A stretch of DNA of 64,000 nt, from IMG/VR virus record IMGVR_UViG_3300017987_005500; one strand, written 5' to 3'. The notes beneath the pieces are model-generated. The model was not told the DNA's origin, searched no databases, and saw only the letters and a list, made by a program, of their open reading frames with translations. This stretch comes from a virus. Taxonomy: Duplodnaviria > Heunggongvirae > Uroviricota > Caudoviricetes. The position numbers and the translations under genes were made by a program. Below are positions 9,157 through 19,092 of the stretch, piece by piece (the stretch's first letter is position 1; each line of letters begins with the position of its first letter).

Positions 9157-12100
9157 AAGTGATTAACCCAAACTTTGTGCTTGATGAAGAAAATAATATT
9201 TTCAGGATTCGAGAAAATGAATTTGGGTCACTTGAGTCCACAATTCGGGAGATGCTAAAACCGGCCGAAGCGCTTGGATTTAGTGTCCCCGAGTTCGGGA
9301 TTCGTGATTCAAGGTTTTCGTCACGAGATCTTGCAAGAACAGTAAAACAGAAATTAGTTATTAAATTAGCTAAGGGAGAACATGTTTTAGATCTCTCAAT
9401 GGATATTCCAAAATTGATTGATGGAAATTATATCATCATAAATGGAAAACAGAAGATCCCTCAATTTCAATTATTTGATGTTCCAATTGTAACTCGTGGT
9501 AAAAATATAAAAATAAGAACAAATGTAGCAACTGTCGTAGTTGTCCCTAAGAAAGAAGAACCATATATTCATATTACTTTCTTAGGAAAAATGGTTCCTT
9601 TATCATTAATGTTATTTGCATATTTTGGAATTGAAGAAGTAAATAGAAAATTTAACTTAAGTTCTCAAACACCAGCTGACACAATTCCAACAAATATGTA
9701 TGATAAATTGATATCTGATTTAACAATGTTCTATGCTGAATCAGATGGTTATACTCAAGATGACTTTATCAAAGAAGTGGGAAGAATTTATTCTCAGTAT
9801 AACTCAAAATCAAAAGGTGAAGATGTTATGTACGCCTTAGATTTGATAATGGAAACTGATACAATATCAAAGAAACTCTTTATCACAGATACTATATTGG
9901 ATGAAGTTGTTTATGCAATTGAGCACCCTGACGATTTTGATGACACAGACTTTATCAATAAGAGAATAAGATGTTATGAATATATTCTTTTATCAAAAAT
10001 ATCCAAATATATATTTGACTTATGTATGTCAAATAGGACTGCGAGACAACCGAAATTTAATGTAAATTCAACAAAGATATTATCAGAGTGTAATGTATCT
10101 GACATTGTCCAATTTGATTTTTCAATAAATCCAGTTGAAGAACTTACAAGACTTTCAAGAACAAGTCTCATAGGTCCGGGTGGTTTTAAAAGAGAAAATG
10201 TTCCAGAGCATCTTAGAGATATTTCAAATAGTATGTTTGGCAGAGTTTGCTCAGTTGATACTCCTGATAGAGATAACTGTGGAATATTACAAAACTTAGT
10301 ACCAAATGTTAAACTTGATGAAAATTTGAAATTCACAGATGAAATATTAGAGAAGCAACCCATTTCAATTCCAGTTGCAATGGTACCTTTCTCAGAGCAT
10401 GATGATCAAACCAGACTTCAAATGGCATCATCTCAAATGAGACAATCTGTATTAACAAAAAGTTTTGATTCACCTGATGTATATTCTGGGAGTGAATGGT
10501 TATATTCAAAAGAAACCCAGTTTTTGAAAGCAGCAAAGAAAGATGGTGAAGTTGTTTATACAGATGATAATTATATAATTGTTGTCTATGATGATAATGA
10601 AGTTGATATAATCAATGTTTCTTATAGAAAGATATATGTAGGAAATATGGATTGGATGAAAATATATGTGAAGCAAGGAGATAAAGTTAAGAAAAATGAT
10701 ATTCTTGCTGAGAGTATGTTTATGAATGATGGTAAAATCAACTTTGGTCGAAAGTTGTTAACTGCTGTAATTCCTTATTTTGGATATAACTATGAGGACG
10801 GAATTGTTATATCTGATAGAATAGTTGAGGATGATGTTTTCACTTCAATGCATTATGTTGATTTATCATTTACAATTCCACCAAATAAAGTTTTATTAAG
10901 TTTATCTAATGATGGTGAATATAAACCATTACCTGAAGTTAAAGATCCTGGAGGAGGAAAACCTATAATTCATGATAGGATAGGAGTTGGAAAACCTTAT
11001 GCTATAATGAAAGATATTAATTCAGGTATACATTGTTATAGTGTATTTGATGAAGAAATTAAACTGACCGCTAAAAAACAAGTGTTAATCTCAGAGGTTA
11101 ATATTTACCCGAACACTTGGAACACTGAAATGCCTCAATATGACAAATGGGTTAAAGATAAAATTGAAAGTCAAAAGAAAAAGCAAAAAGACTTTCTTAA
11201 AATGTTAAAAGATTATATACCAAAATCTCAAATGAGTAAAATTATAAGAGAGGAAGGACTTAATAAATTCTCTCAAGTTGGAAAATATAGATATAAGAGA
11301 GAAGAGATAAATGGTATTCATATTGAGATGTATGGGATTTTTGAAAGAAAAATAAATCCTGGTGATAAGATTGCAAATCGACATGGTAATAAAGGTGTTA
11401 TTTCAAAGATAATGCCAAGAGAAAAAATGCCAAAACTTCCTGATGGGAGACACGTGGATATTTGTATCAACCCACTTGGTATTATAAGCAGGATGAATAT
11501 AGGACAAATATTTGAGTTGCATCTCTCAATGTCCGTAAATGATTTAAGACAAAAGATGTTAGAGTCATTGAAAAATGGCGGAAAAAGAGAAGACCTTATC
11601 AATTATTTCCTTGGTTATATCAAATGCATTGACAATACTGAGAATAATTGGTATACTACACAAATGGTGGAGAAGCTAAAAGATATTGAAATTGACGAAG
11701 ATTTCATCAATAACATATTTGTAATTCAACCTCCATTTGAATCAGTGACATTAGAGATGCTTGATCAGGCAATGCAATATACAAATACGGACTACGATTA
11801 TAAATTACTTGATCCAATGTCAAAAAGTGAAATATTCAATGATATCGCAGTCGGGTATATATATTTCTTTAAAATGGTCCATATTGCTGAAAACAGATTA
11901 GCAGCAAGAGGAATTGGATCTTACTCAAGAAAGACTTTGCAACCTCTTGGGGGAAGAAGGAATAAAGGTGGGCAGAGATCTGGAGAAATGGAAATGGCAT
12001 GTTTAATAGGTCATGACGCTGCCACAAACTTAAATGAATTTACGACTACGAAGTCAGACTGCATTGATAGGAAAAATAGATATATCAGAGCAGAGATTGA

Positions 12101-12209
12101 GTCTACAGAGTTTGACCCAGATAAAGATGATGATGGATGCAATATTGCTGAGTCAGTTCTCTTATTTGAATCATCTCTAATATGTGTAGGACTTGATCCA
12201 AAGGATTAA
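9153..12209 (+). CDS. rpoB: DNA-directed RNA polymerase beta-like subunit (phage-encoded)
   Basis: GRVCSVDTPD, GYNYEDG, GDKIANRHGNKGV, NPLGIISRMNIGQ, GGQRSGEME. Confidence 0.97.
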   Translation: MKVINPNFVLDEENNIFRIRENEFGSLESTIREMLKPAEALGFSVPEFGIRDSRFSSRDLARTVKQKLVIKLAKGEHVLDLSMDIPKLIDGNYIIINGKQKIPQFQLFDVPIVTRGKNIKIRTNVATVVVVPKKEEPYIHITFLGKMVPLSLMLFAYFGIEEVNRKFNLSSQTPADTIPTNMYDKLISDLTMFYAESDGYTQDDFIKEVGRIYSQYNSKSKGEDVMYALDLIMETDTISKKLFITDTILDEVVYAIEHPDDFDDTDFINKRIRCYEYILLSKISKYIFDLCMSNRTARQPKFNVNSTKILSECNVSDIVQFDFSINPVEELTRLSRTSLIGPGGFKRENVPEHLRDISNSMFGRVCSVDTPDRDNCGILQNLVPNVKLDENLKFTDEILEKQPISIPVAMVPFSEHDDQTRLQMASSQMRQSVLTKSFDSPDVYSGSEWLYSKETQFLKAAKKDGEVVYTDDNYIIVVYDDNEVDIINVSYRKIYVGNMDWMKIYVKQGDKVKKNDILAESMFMNDGKINFGRKLLTAVIPYFGYNYEDGIVISDRIVEDDVFTSMHYVDLSFTIPPNKVLLSLSNDGEYKPLPEVKDPGGGKPIIHDRIGVGKPYAIMKDINSGIHCYSVFDEEIKLTAKKQVLISEVNIYPNTWNTEMPQYDKWVKDKIESQKKKQKDFLKMLKDYIPKSQMSKIIREEGLNKFSQVGKYRYKREEINGIHIEMYGIFERKINPGDKIANRHGNKGVISKIMPREKMPKLPDGRHVDICINPLGIISRMNIGQIFELHLSMSVNDLRQKMLESLKNGGKREDLINYFLGYIKCIDNTENNWYTTQMVEKLKDIEIDEDFINNIFVIQPPFESVTLEMLDQAMQYTNTDYDYKLLDPMSKSEIFNDIAVGYIYFFKMVHIAENRLAARGIGSYSRKTLQPLGGRRNKGGQRSGEMEMACLIGHDAATNLNEFTTTKSDCIDRKNRYIRAEIESTEFDPDKDDDGCNIAESVLLFESSLICVGLDPKD

Positions 12210-12211
12210 AT

Positions 12212-12562
12212 ATGAAAAATGACGAGCTAATTATACAAGCCGAGAAAGATATACGATACATATATGAGCAGATGTTAAACATACTTAAGCGATATGAGCA
12301 AAAAGATGTTATTAATGAAATGACATTCTTTATAAATGATGATAATATTGCTTCAGGGTTTGTACGAAAAGGAAATATGACAGATACTTTATATCAACAA
12401 AATATTCAAGCAGTAGGTAAAGACTTAAAACCAAAAATAACAGTGATGGTGAGTAACGGACATATGTCTGTTGCTCACCATCCATCTAAATTAACTTCCG
12501 TTTTTGTTCAGAAAAATCCAGAAACTGATAAATCGTCGGAAGGGTGGGAGGAAATATGGTAG
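12212..12562 (+). CDS. Hypothetical protein
   Basis: 116-aa ORF tightly packed in the operon. Confidence 0.65.
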   Translation: MKNDELIIQAEKDIRYIYEQMLNILKRYEQKDVINEMTFFINDDNIASGFVRKGNMTDTLYQQNIQAVGKDLKPKITVMVSNGHMSVAHHPSKLTSVFVQKNPETDKSSEGWEEIW

Positions 12563-13431
12563 ATGAACTTCCTGATATTCAGGAAAGTAGACCAATGATC
12601 GAAATTCCAATACAACAAGTTGGAGTTGAAAATGTTGAAGTTCCATTTACTCTTCAATCCAGAGATGGATTGGCAGGACTTCATACTCTCAATGCAAATG
12701 TTTCAATGAGGACAGATATTGCTGAAGATGTCAAAGGTGTTTCAATGTCAAGATTTATTGGAACTCTTAGAGATTATTTAGGAAAACCTCTAAAACATAA
12801 AATGATTTATGACATATTAAAAGACATGAAAAAGAATATGGGAACTTCATCTGCATATATGAAATTTGATTTTAAATTTCCTAAGATAAGACAATCTCCA
12901 GCTTCTTTAAATTCATTTCCTTTATTTTATAAATGTAGTTTTGAAGGACAGGTGAGTGAAGTATATCTAGGTCCTGAATTTGTAGACAAATTTAAATTTT
13001 ATCAAGGGGTTACAGTTCAATATGCATCATATTGTCCATGTTCATCTGAATTATGTAATCATTTAAGAGACCAAGCTAAAACTGGGTTTCCTCATGCACA
13101 AAGATCATTTGCTCATGTATTGGTTGAAACTAAAGAACCTAATTATGTCTGGTTGGAAGATGTAATTGATACAGTTGAAAATTCAATTGCAACATTACCT
13201 TATCCAATTATTAAAAGACCTGATGAACAAAAGATTGCTGAAATCGCGGCAAATAATCCAATCTTTGTTGAAGATGCAATAAGACAGATAAGTCAAGCAT
13301 TAAATGACAATGATAAATATTATGATTGGATAGTGAAATGTGTTCATGAGGAAAGTATTCATACAAGTGAGGCAATTGCTATGAACTGGAAAGGAATTCT
13401 CAATGGATTCAACGGAAGCTTTTATCTCTAA
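12556..13431 (+). CDS. folE2: GTP cyclohydrolase IB (FolE2)
   Basis: LPDIQ, PIQQVGV, KGVSMSRF, CPCS, PHAQRS, KRPDE, FVEDAIR, EESIH; RBS ggagg before ATG 12556. Confidence 0.92.
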   Translation: MVDELPDIQESRPMIEIPIQQVGVENVEVPFTLQSRDGLAGLHTLNANVSMRTDIAEDVKGVSMSRFIGTLRDYLGKPLKHKMIYDILKDMKKNMGTSSAYMKFDFKFPKIRQSPASLNSFPLFYKCSFEGQVSEVYLGPEFVDKFKFYQGVTVQYASYCPCSSELCNHLRDQAKTGFPHAQRSFAHVLVETKEPNYVWLEDVIDTVENSIATLPYPIIKRPDEQKIAEIAANNPIFVEDAIRQISQALNDNDKYYDWIVKCVHEESIHTSEAIAMNWKGILNGFNGSFYL

Positions 13432-13771
13432 TTATAATACTAAAAAAGGATTTAGAAAGAAATTGTCAGAAGTTTTAGGGATGCCAAAAGTAAAACCATC
13501 GTCACCAATTCCTTTTAATAATATGCTTGAATGGGTTGAAAAGCAAAATATAATAATTGGTTTTAGTAACGATGGTATTACAATTTCTAAAAATAGAGTT
13601 ACTCATACATCGGGACAGTTTACATTAACTGAATTATTATACTTTATAGCTCATTATTTATATACTGAGATGGAGACTGTTTCAGATATGTTTAATGAAG
13701 TTGTAATAGAAGACATTATTGAAAAGATTCAAGAATTATCAGATGAACATCTTTCTGGGAGAACCTTATGA
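13403..13771 (+). CDS. Hypothetical protein
   Basis: 122-aa ORF in the operon. Confidence 0.6.
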   Translation: MDSTEAFISNYNTKKGFRKKLSEVLGMPKVKPSSPIPFNNMLEWVEKQNIIIGFSNDGITISKNRVTHTSGQFTLTELLYFIAHYLYTEMETVSDMFNEVVIEDIIEKIQELSDEHLSGRTL

Positions 13772-14136
13772 AAAGACCAACATGGGGAATTCCTTTAGGA
13801 AAAAAGATTAAAGGTATGTGGAATCCATATAATAGGATGAAAACCAAAAGTGATGGAATTGAATATACTAAGACTTATGAAATTGTTGACAGTGAAAAAA
13901 TGACATTGAGAAAAGGAGATGTATTTCAATTCAGAACTTCGATTCCTAATAAGTTTCCAAATTATGCAGTTGGAGAATTTGCAGTCATTCTTGAAAGATA
14001 TAAAATAACAAAATTTAAAAATCATACTTATAATGATTATGGTTCTGTGGTAATGATGTTAACAGGAAAAAAGAAAGGACATATATTCAAAGTCCAATCT
14101 GCAAAGATAAGTGTAAGTGAACGATTAACATTTTAA
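13768..14136 (+). CDS. Hypothetical protein
   Basis: 122-aa ORF, ATGA coupling. Confidence 0.6.
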   Translation: MKRPTWGIPLGKKIKGMWNPYNRMKTKSDGIEYTKTYEIVDSEKMTLRKGDVFQFRTSIPNKFPNYAVGEFAVILERYKITKFKNHTYNDYGSVVMMLTGKKKGHIFKVQSAKISVSERLTF

Positions 14137-14145
14137 GGAGAAAGA

Positions 14146-14496
14146 ATGGAATCTGATAAGGTGATAGAGCTATATTTAAAAGAAAGAGAATATCAAAAGC
14201 GAGTATTTGGAGATTATAAAAATATCTCAGTTTTAAATCTCGCTAGCTTTCTTTTATTACATAGAGAGTATGTTCAAAAAGCAGAAAATATGTATGCTCA
14301 ACAATGGGACAATGATTTACCACCATGGTTGGGAAACTGTAGAGAGCATGAAATACAAGGAACTGCTCCAGTTAAAACATATGAAGCAATTATTAAAAAC
14401 TTTGCTTTACATGGAGCTGCGATTGAAACATTTACTTCAATTAATCCAAGTATGTGGAGATTTGGAGAAGACATTAAACCAAAATGGAAGATTTAA
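14146..14496 (+). CDS. Hypothetical protein, possibly MazG-like all-alpha NTP pyrophosphohydrolase
   Basis: LKEREYQKRVFGD resembles the ERxRQxxKxG start of phage MazG-like proteins; weak. Confidence 0.4.
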   Translation: MESDKVIELYLKEREYQKRVFGDYKNISVLNLASFLLLHREYVQKAENMYAQQWDNDLPPWLGNCREHEIQGTAPVKTYEAIIKNFALHGAAIETFTSINPSMWRFGEDIKPKWKI

Positions 14497-14508
14497 GGAG
14501 GATTTACA

Positions 14509-14892
14509 TTGACTGAGGAAAAATCTGATAATGAAATTACAATTGCAGAAAAGACTGACAAAGAGACAATTTCTGGAAAATTTCAAACGACTGAAGAAGT
14601 TACTGCAAATAAACCATATGAAGATGATAAAGAACCTATTAAGGTTGCTGTGGTTGGAGACAACTCAAATGCAAGTATAATTAAAGAGGCAATGAAAGAC
14701 AAAAATATAAAGACTGTCGAAATGCCTTATGAAACCAACCTGGCAAACGAAGAACAAATAGCAAAGAATAAAGAAGATGTTTTACCTCCTATGGGTGCTA
14801 AGTTTATGATAGCAGGCAAAGAATATAAAGTCTGTTATATAAATGCTGGAAAGAAAAGATTTTCAGCAGAACCTTGTAAAGGTGGGTATTAA
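14509..14892 (+). CDS. Hypothetical protein
   Basis: TTG start after aggagg; 127 aa. Confidence 0.6.
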   Translation: MTEEKSDNEITIAEKTDKETISGKFQTTEEVTANKPYEDDKEPIKVAVVGDNSNASIIKEAMKDKNIKTVEMPYETNLANEEQIAKNKEDVLPPMGAKFMIAGKEYKVCYINAGKKRFSAEPCKGGY

Positions 14893-14925
14893 ACAAAACG
14901 CGAATCAATTAAAGGAGAAAAAAGA

Positions 14926-15693
14926 ATGAATGACAATTTGGCAGCAATGGTAACTGAGGATCCTGAAGCAAATGAAGCAGCAGCAATTCCTGAGGAAACA
15001 ACTGAGGAAACAGCTACTGAAGCTGGGGAAGAAACTCAACAACCAGACGAACAAGAAGCATCTTTTGACGTGACTGTAACTGCCTTATTTCCATGGTTTG
15101 TAGGTAATAAAGAAAACTTTGGAGATAATGTAACTCATGTCAAAGCAAAGATTAAAAGAGTAAATCCTGAAGAAGATCTTATCATCACAGTTCCTCATCC
15201 AGACGGAACCGTATCAATGGAAAATGATGTTGAAGTTCCTGATAGAAAAATAAGGATCTTTGATAAAGCAAATGAGATTTCAGTCCTCGATCTACCCGGC
15301 GTCGATATGAGTGTCTTTAATCATAACATATTCCGTATTATTTATGGAACTCCTGTTGAAGGAATTTTCATTAAATATTATGGAGTATCTTCCCGACACG
15401 TTGTATTTTGCAAAGAAGGTGATGATGTATTGATACCTTACGCAATCCAAAAACTTAAAAAGAATGATGAAGGTCTTGACATGATTCTTCCTCCTGATGA
15501 CCTTGATGAAAAACTTGCTGCTCAGGTTGCTATGGAAGATCTCATTCTTCGATATAAACAAATCGAAAAGTTTCAGGAAGGACTTGAGACAAATCTTGAT
15601 GTAATAAAATTCTTCCATGCAAAGATTGCAACTGTAGTCGATGTAAATCATTTACTTCAAATTGATAATGCAATAATCAGCTTAGTTGCATAA
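14926..15693 (+). CDS. Hypothetical acidic protein
   Basis: 255-aa ORF with RBS aggag. Confidence 0.7.
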   Translation: MNDNLAAMVTEDPEANEAAAIPEETTEETATEAGEETQQPDEQEASFDVTVTALFPWFVGNKENFGDNVTHVKAKIKRVNPEEDLIITVPHPDGTVSMENDVEVPDRKIRIFDKANEISVLDLPGVDMSVFNHNIFRIIYGTPVEGIFIKYYGVSSRHVVFCKEGDDVLIPYAIQKLKKNDEGLDMILPPDDLDEKLAAQVAMEDLILRYKQIEKFQEGLETNLDVIKFFHAKIATVVDVNHLLQIDNAIISLVA

Positions 15694-16416
15694 ATGAATA
15701 TAAATCCATCACTTGGGTTTCTTTTACGTGATGTGTATGTATATGATATTGAATCATGTCATTATACAATATTGAATAGTCTTGGATATGACGTCTCAGC
15801 AATCCCTGAGGATAAATTTGAAAGAAATAAATTCATTGGATTAATGATGAAAGATAATCCAAGACTTATTCAAATATTAAGACAAATAACGTCAGCAACT
15901 TTAGATGAATATATTTTAAGAAATAGAATAAAAGATGATGAAATTGTATTAAGACAGTATGATGGAATCATCACAACACGAAGATTAGTTGAAACGACTA
16001 CAAAATATATTCCCTTACCTTTAAGGAAGACTTATGAATATTTCCTATCATCTATAGATAGACACAGTTATCTTGCATATGATGGAAATAAAGCGACTAT
16101 AAAAGGAGTTGCTCATAGATATGATGAAATTGACTTAATGTTAAAGAAACTTATCAGATGTAATTTCTCAGATAGAGTTGCAACGTTTAAGGCATTACAA
16201 AGAATTAAAGATGAAATTGTTTTCTCTAAGAATTCAAATTTATTTTGTATTCCTGCAGGAAATAAAAATTATCTATTCTTAAAAGCTTATGGACAAATTG
16301 AAGTTTCTCCATCGTTTGCAAGAGTGATGGATGTTAATGACATTGATAGGCAAAAGTATTTTGATTATTATTTAATGCCTTTTACAAAGGCGATTGTATT
16401 TGAAATGACTAAATGA
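15694..16416 (+). CDS. Minimal family-B DNA polymerase-like palm protein
   Basis: VYVYDIESCHY (motif A-like), RQYDGII (motif C-like), downstream IKGV; no exonuclease domain. Confidence 0.55.
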   Translation: MNINPSLGFLLRDVYVYDIESCHYTILNSLGYDVSAIPEDKFERNKFIGLMMKDNPRLIQILRQITSATLDEYILRNRIKDDEIVLRQYDGIITTRRLVETTTKYIPLPLRKTYEYFLSSIDRHSYLAYDGNKATIKGVAHRYDEIDLMLKKLIRCNFSDRVATFKALQRIKDEIVFSKNSNLFCIPAGNKNYLFLKAYGQIEVSPSFARVMDVNDIDRQKYFDYYLMPFTKAIVFEMTK

Positions 16417-16583
16417 TAGATTGGCCAGCTGTATTTCAACTAGCAACCTGTGTATTGACCACTTTAGCGATAGTTTATCATAACCCTATCCTATTGGGTA
16501 TATCTATCGTGTTAACCTTTATATTATTCGTTTTGATACCTTATTATTACGGATATTACACAGAGGATGATGAAGATGTGTGA
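16413..16583 (+). CDS. Small membrane protein (56 aa, absent from the ORF track)
   Basis: MIDWPAVFQLATCVLTTLAIVYHNPILLGISIVLTFILFVLIPYYYGYYTEDDEDV; two hydrophobic segments; ATGA coupling; fills the gap. Confidence 0.55.
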   Translation: MIDWPAVFQLATCVLTTLAIVYHNPILLGISIVLTFILFVLIPYYYGYYTEDDEDV

Positions 16584-17145
16584 AGAAGAGAAAAAACCTA
16601 AAAAGATCTTAGAACTTGGAGCAGGAAAACATTGGAAAAAGTATTCTAAGAAAACAAAAGTATTAGCGACATGTGTTGATTCTTCATATGAGAGAGGACC
16701 TAGTTATATGTATGACAATATAACTCTCATAGGAAGAGATATATTTAAATTCCTTGAAAAATGCAATGAATCATTTGACGATATTATTGCTAACAGAGTA
16801 TTCGAGCATATTGACTATGATAAACTTCCTTACTTATTTTACTTATGCAAAGAAGTACTCAACACTAATGGGGAATTGACTTTTACAGTACCTGATTTCT
16901 CAAAGATACTTGAGAAGATCAATGAAATCGATCCAAATGGACCAGCGGCACAATTCAATCGAGATATGATTGATACACATACTGAACTTTTTAATACACC
17001 AAAAGATCCTCATAGATCAATATGGACAAAAACTCTGGTTAGATATTATGTCGAGCTTGAGGATTTCTGGAAATTTCAAGATGTTGCTCATGTGACATTG
17101 GATAACAGAGATTGGTATATGAGAGTAATTCTTAAGAAAAAATAA
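16567..17145 (+). CDS. Class I SAM-dependent methyltransferase
   Basis: ILELGAG motif I, FDDIIANRVFEHI, LNTNGEL. Confidence 0.8.
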   Translation: MMKMCEEEKKPKKILELGAGKHWKKYSKKTKVLATCVDSSYERGPSYMYDNITLIGRDIFKFLEKCNESFDDIIANRVFEHIDYDKLPYLFYLCKEVLNTNGELTFTVPDFSKILEKINEIDPNGPAAQFNRDMIDTHTELFNTPKDPHRSIWTKTLVRYYVELEDFWKFQDVAHVTLDNRDWYMRVILKKK

Positions 17146-17436
17146 TAATGGATTAATAGGAAGGAGGGGTACCTATTTGCTTGAGCTGATAAATTAATTA
17201 TATTAGATAACTTATAAAGAATACATTAGATTGTTTTATAGAAGTATTTAGATTATATATAATTTATAGAATGTATAACATTGTTTGCACATAGTTGAAA
17301 GCAGGGTGTTATAAATATACTTAAAAATAAATTATTTAGAGTTTTACAGGGACTCATTGTACAATGTTGAAAACAATGAGTCTCTTTTATAGATGGAATA
17401 ATATTAATAGAGAATAAACGAAAGGAACTTAATAAA

Positions 17437-18369
17437 ATGGAAACAAATTTCAGTGAAAATCATGAAGTAATGGGACTTAATGACGATGGAGATAATTGCT
17501 ACTCATACGTTGATCAGTATTCTGCAATTAAATATATGCAACTTGCAACCAAAAAAGATGGACACGACGTCCCTACATTTGCAATCTTTGTAAAACCTCT
17601 TGACGTTGATGTTGAGGAAGGCGATGTATTGGAAGGATATCGCTATATTGGAAACATCTCTGGGTCTTACCAATTCGTAGGTAATGACATTCTTGCACAG
17701 ACAATTCGCGACTCCATCTCTGCTGCCGGCCAAGCTGTATTTCGAGAATATCCCATTTTACTTCCTAATCTTACAGGTTTCATGACTGAAATGGTTATTG
17801 AACATCCGACCACAATGGAAAATGTTGGCACAGTTCGTCCACAGATAAACCTTTCAAATAGCTATAATGGAACTGCCAAAGCATGTGTTTCATTCGGATT
17901 CTCCATATATGAAGCTGGAGCAATTGAAAGTCGTAATGGTTTTGGTTTTGATAAAAAGATGATTACGTTAAAACAAGTCCATGTAAACAGTGCCCCGACA
18001 TTGATGACTGGAGCTGTTTCCGGATATGTTGATATCTTCTCTACCAACATTGGTCAAATGATTGAAGAGAACTTCAATTCAGTAATTCCTGAAGATGATG
18101 CTATGAAAGTTCTTGAAATGATTGAAAAGACCGGCGCCGGGAAAACAAGACATGCTATGATCTCTGAGTATTTTGAATCAATTCCAAATAAAACATCCTG
18201 GAATATATTTCATGCTCTTACCAGATTCTCCACAATGGAAACAAATCTCAATGCAAAGAAATTACTTGAGAATGTGGCAGAGTCCGTATTGACAGTTCCT
18301 GCACAGATGGTTGATGCAATTGAATCTTTCAATGGAACAATTGCTCAGCAATTGGAAGAGGCAGCTTAA
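17437..18369 (+). CDS. DUF932-like protein
   Basis: INLSNSYNGT and TSWNIFHALT motifs resemble DUF932/LGT-family phage proteins. Confidence 0.55.
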   Translation: METNFSENHEVMGLNDDGDNCYSYVDQYSAIKYMQLATKKDGHDVPTFAIFVKPLDVDVEEGDVLEGYRYIGNISGSYQFVGNDILAQTIRDSISAAGQAVFREYPILLPNLTGFMTEMVIEHPTTMENVGTVRPQINLSNSYNGTAKACVSFGFSIYEAGAIESRNGFGFDKKMITLKQVHVNSAPTLMTGAVSGYVDIFSTNIGQMIEENFNSVIPEDDAMKVLEMIEKTGAGKTRHAMISEYFESIPNKTSWNIFHALTRFSTMETNLNAKKLLENVAESVLTVPAQMVDAIESFNGTIAQQLEEAA

Positions 18370-18451
18370 ATTGAGTTATGTTAGCGATGTATGGCTTGAA
18401 ACAATGAGAAGACTTCATGTCCATACATCGCATAACAAAGAGGATAATAGA

Positions 18452-19003
18452 ATGAAATTCACAATTAAATTGACCAATGAACTTGGAAAAAGAATTATAG
18501 ATTATCCAATGGGAAATATTGGGTTAGATGCTGTTGATAATCTTCGACGAGATATCAATATGCCTGATCTTGACTTATCACTCATTGATGCCAGCATTTC
18601 ATGTCCTTCATGTACAATGTGTTTAACTTTAGAATTAACTGAAGATCAAGCAAGACAAGCAGGTATATTTAGAGGTCAAAAAGAAATCACAGTATATATT
18701 CCAGACTCTTATTTAGGAAGATACTTAACAATCGAACCTGACATTAAGAAAGAAAAAGTTTCTAGAGTTGTTCCAACATCTGATCATATTAAAAAGTTTT
18801 TTAAGATTATTGATGAAGTTAAAACATACACAAGAGAAATTCAAAAAGTTGGATTCAAATATGTTATATGCAAATCAAAGATCGTAGAAGACTGGTTAAA
18901 CGCTGGAGCTCCTGTTTATTGGGATTGTAAAAAAGTGACCAAAGAAGAGTTGGACGCTATTAAAAAGAAACAGGAAGAAGAGTTTGAATTCAGTGATATT
19001 TAA
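18452..19003 (+). CDS. Hypothetical protein
   Basis: Start MKFTIK after RBS gagga is more plausible than 18311. Confidence 0.6.
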   Translation: MKFTIKLTNELGKRIIDYPMGNIGLDAVDNLRRDINMPDLDLSLIDASISCPSCTMCLTLELTEDQARQAGIFRGQKEITVYIPDSYLGRYLTIEPDIKKEKVSRVVPTSDHIKKFFKIIDEVKTYTREIQKVGFKYVICKSKIVEDWLNAGAPVYWDCKKVTKEELDAIKKKQEEEFEFSDI

Positions 19004-19028
19004 TTATATCATAAGATAGATTGAAATG

Positions 19029-19060
19029 AGGTTCCTTCTTTAGGGAACCTTATTTTTTTT
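19029..19060 (+). terminator. Intrinsic terminator
   Basis: aggttcc-loop-ggaacct followed by a T-run. Confidence 0.75.
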
Positions 19061-19062
19061 GC

Positions 19063-19070
19063 AGAACAAA
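19063..19070 (+). promoter_or_regulatory. Putative late-promoter motif AGAACAAA
   Basis: Recurs 18-81 nt upstream of ten starts, mostly virion genes. Confidence 0.55.
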
Positions 19071-19092
19071 TAATAAAAGAGGAGTTATATTC

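Noticed and set aside
6460-12209. Bacterial chromosomal rpoBC locus
   Set aside because: Reversed order, short subunits, no ribosomal-protein neighbours, and embedded among terminase and tail genes
17280-17380. Two GTTGAAA words resembling CRISPR repeat ends
   Set aside because: Only 7 nt are shared, two copies, with no full repeat
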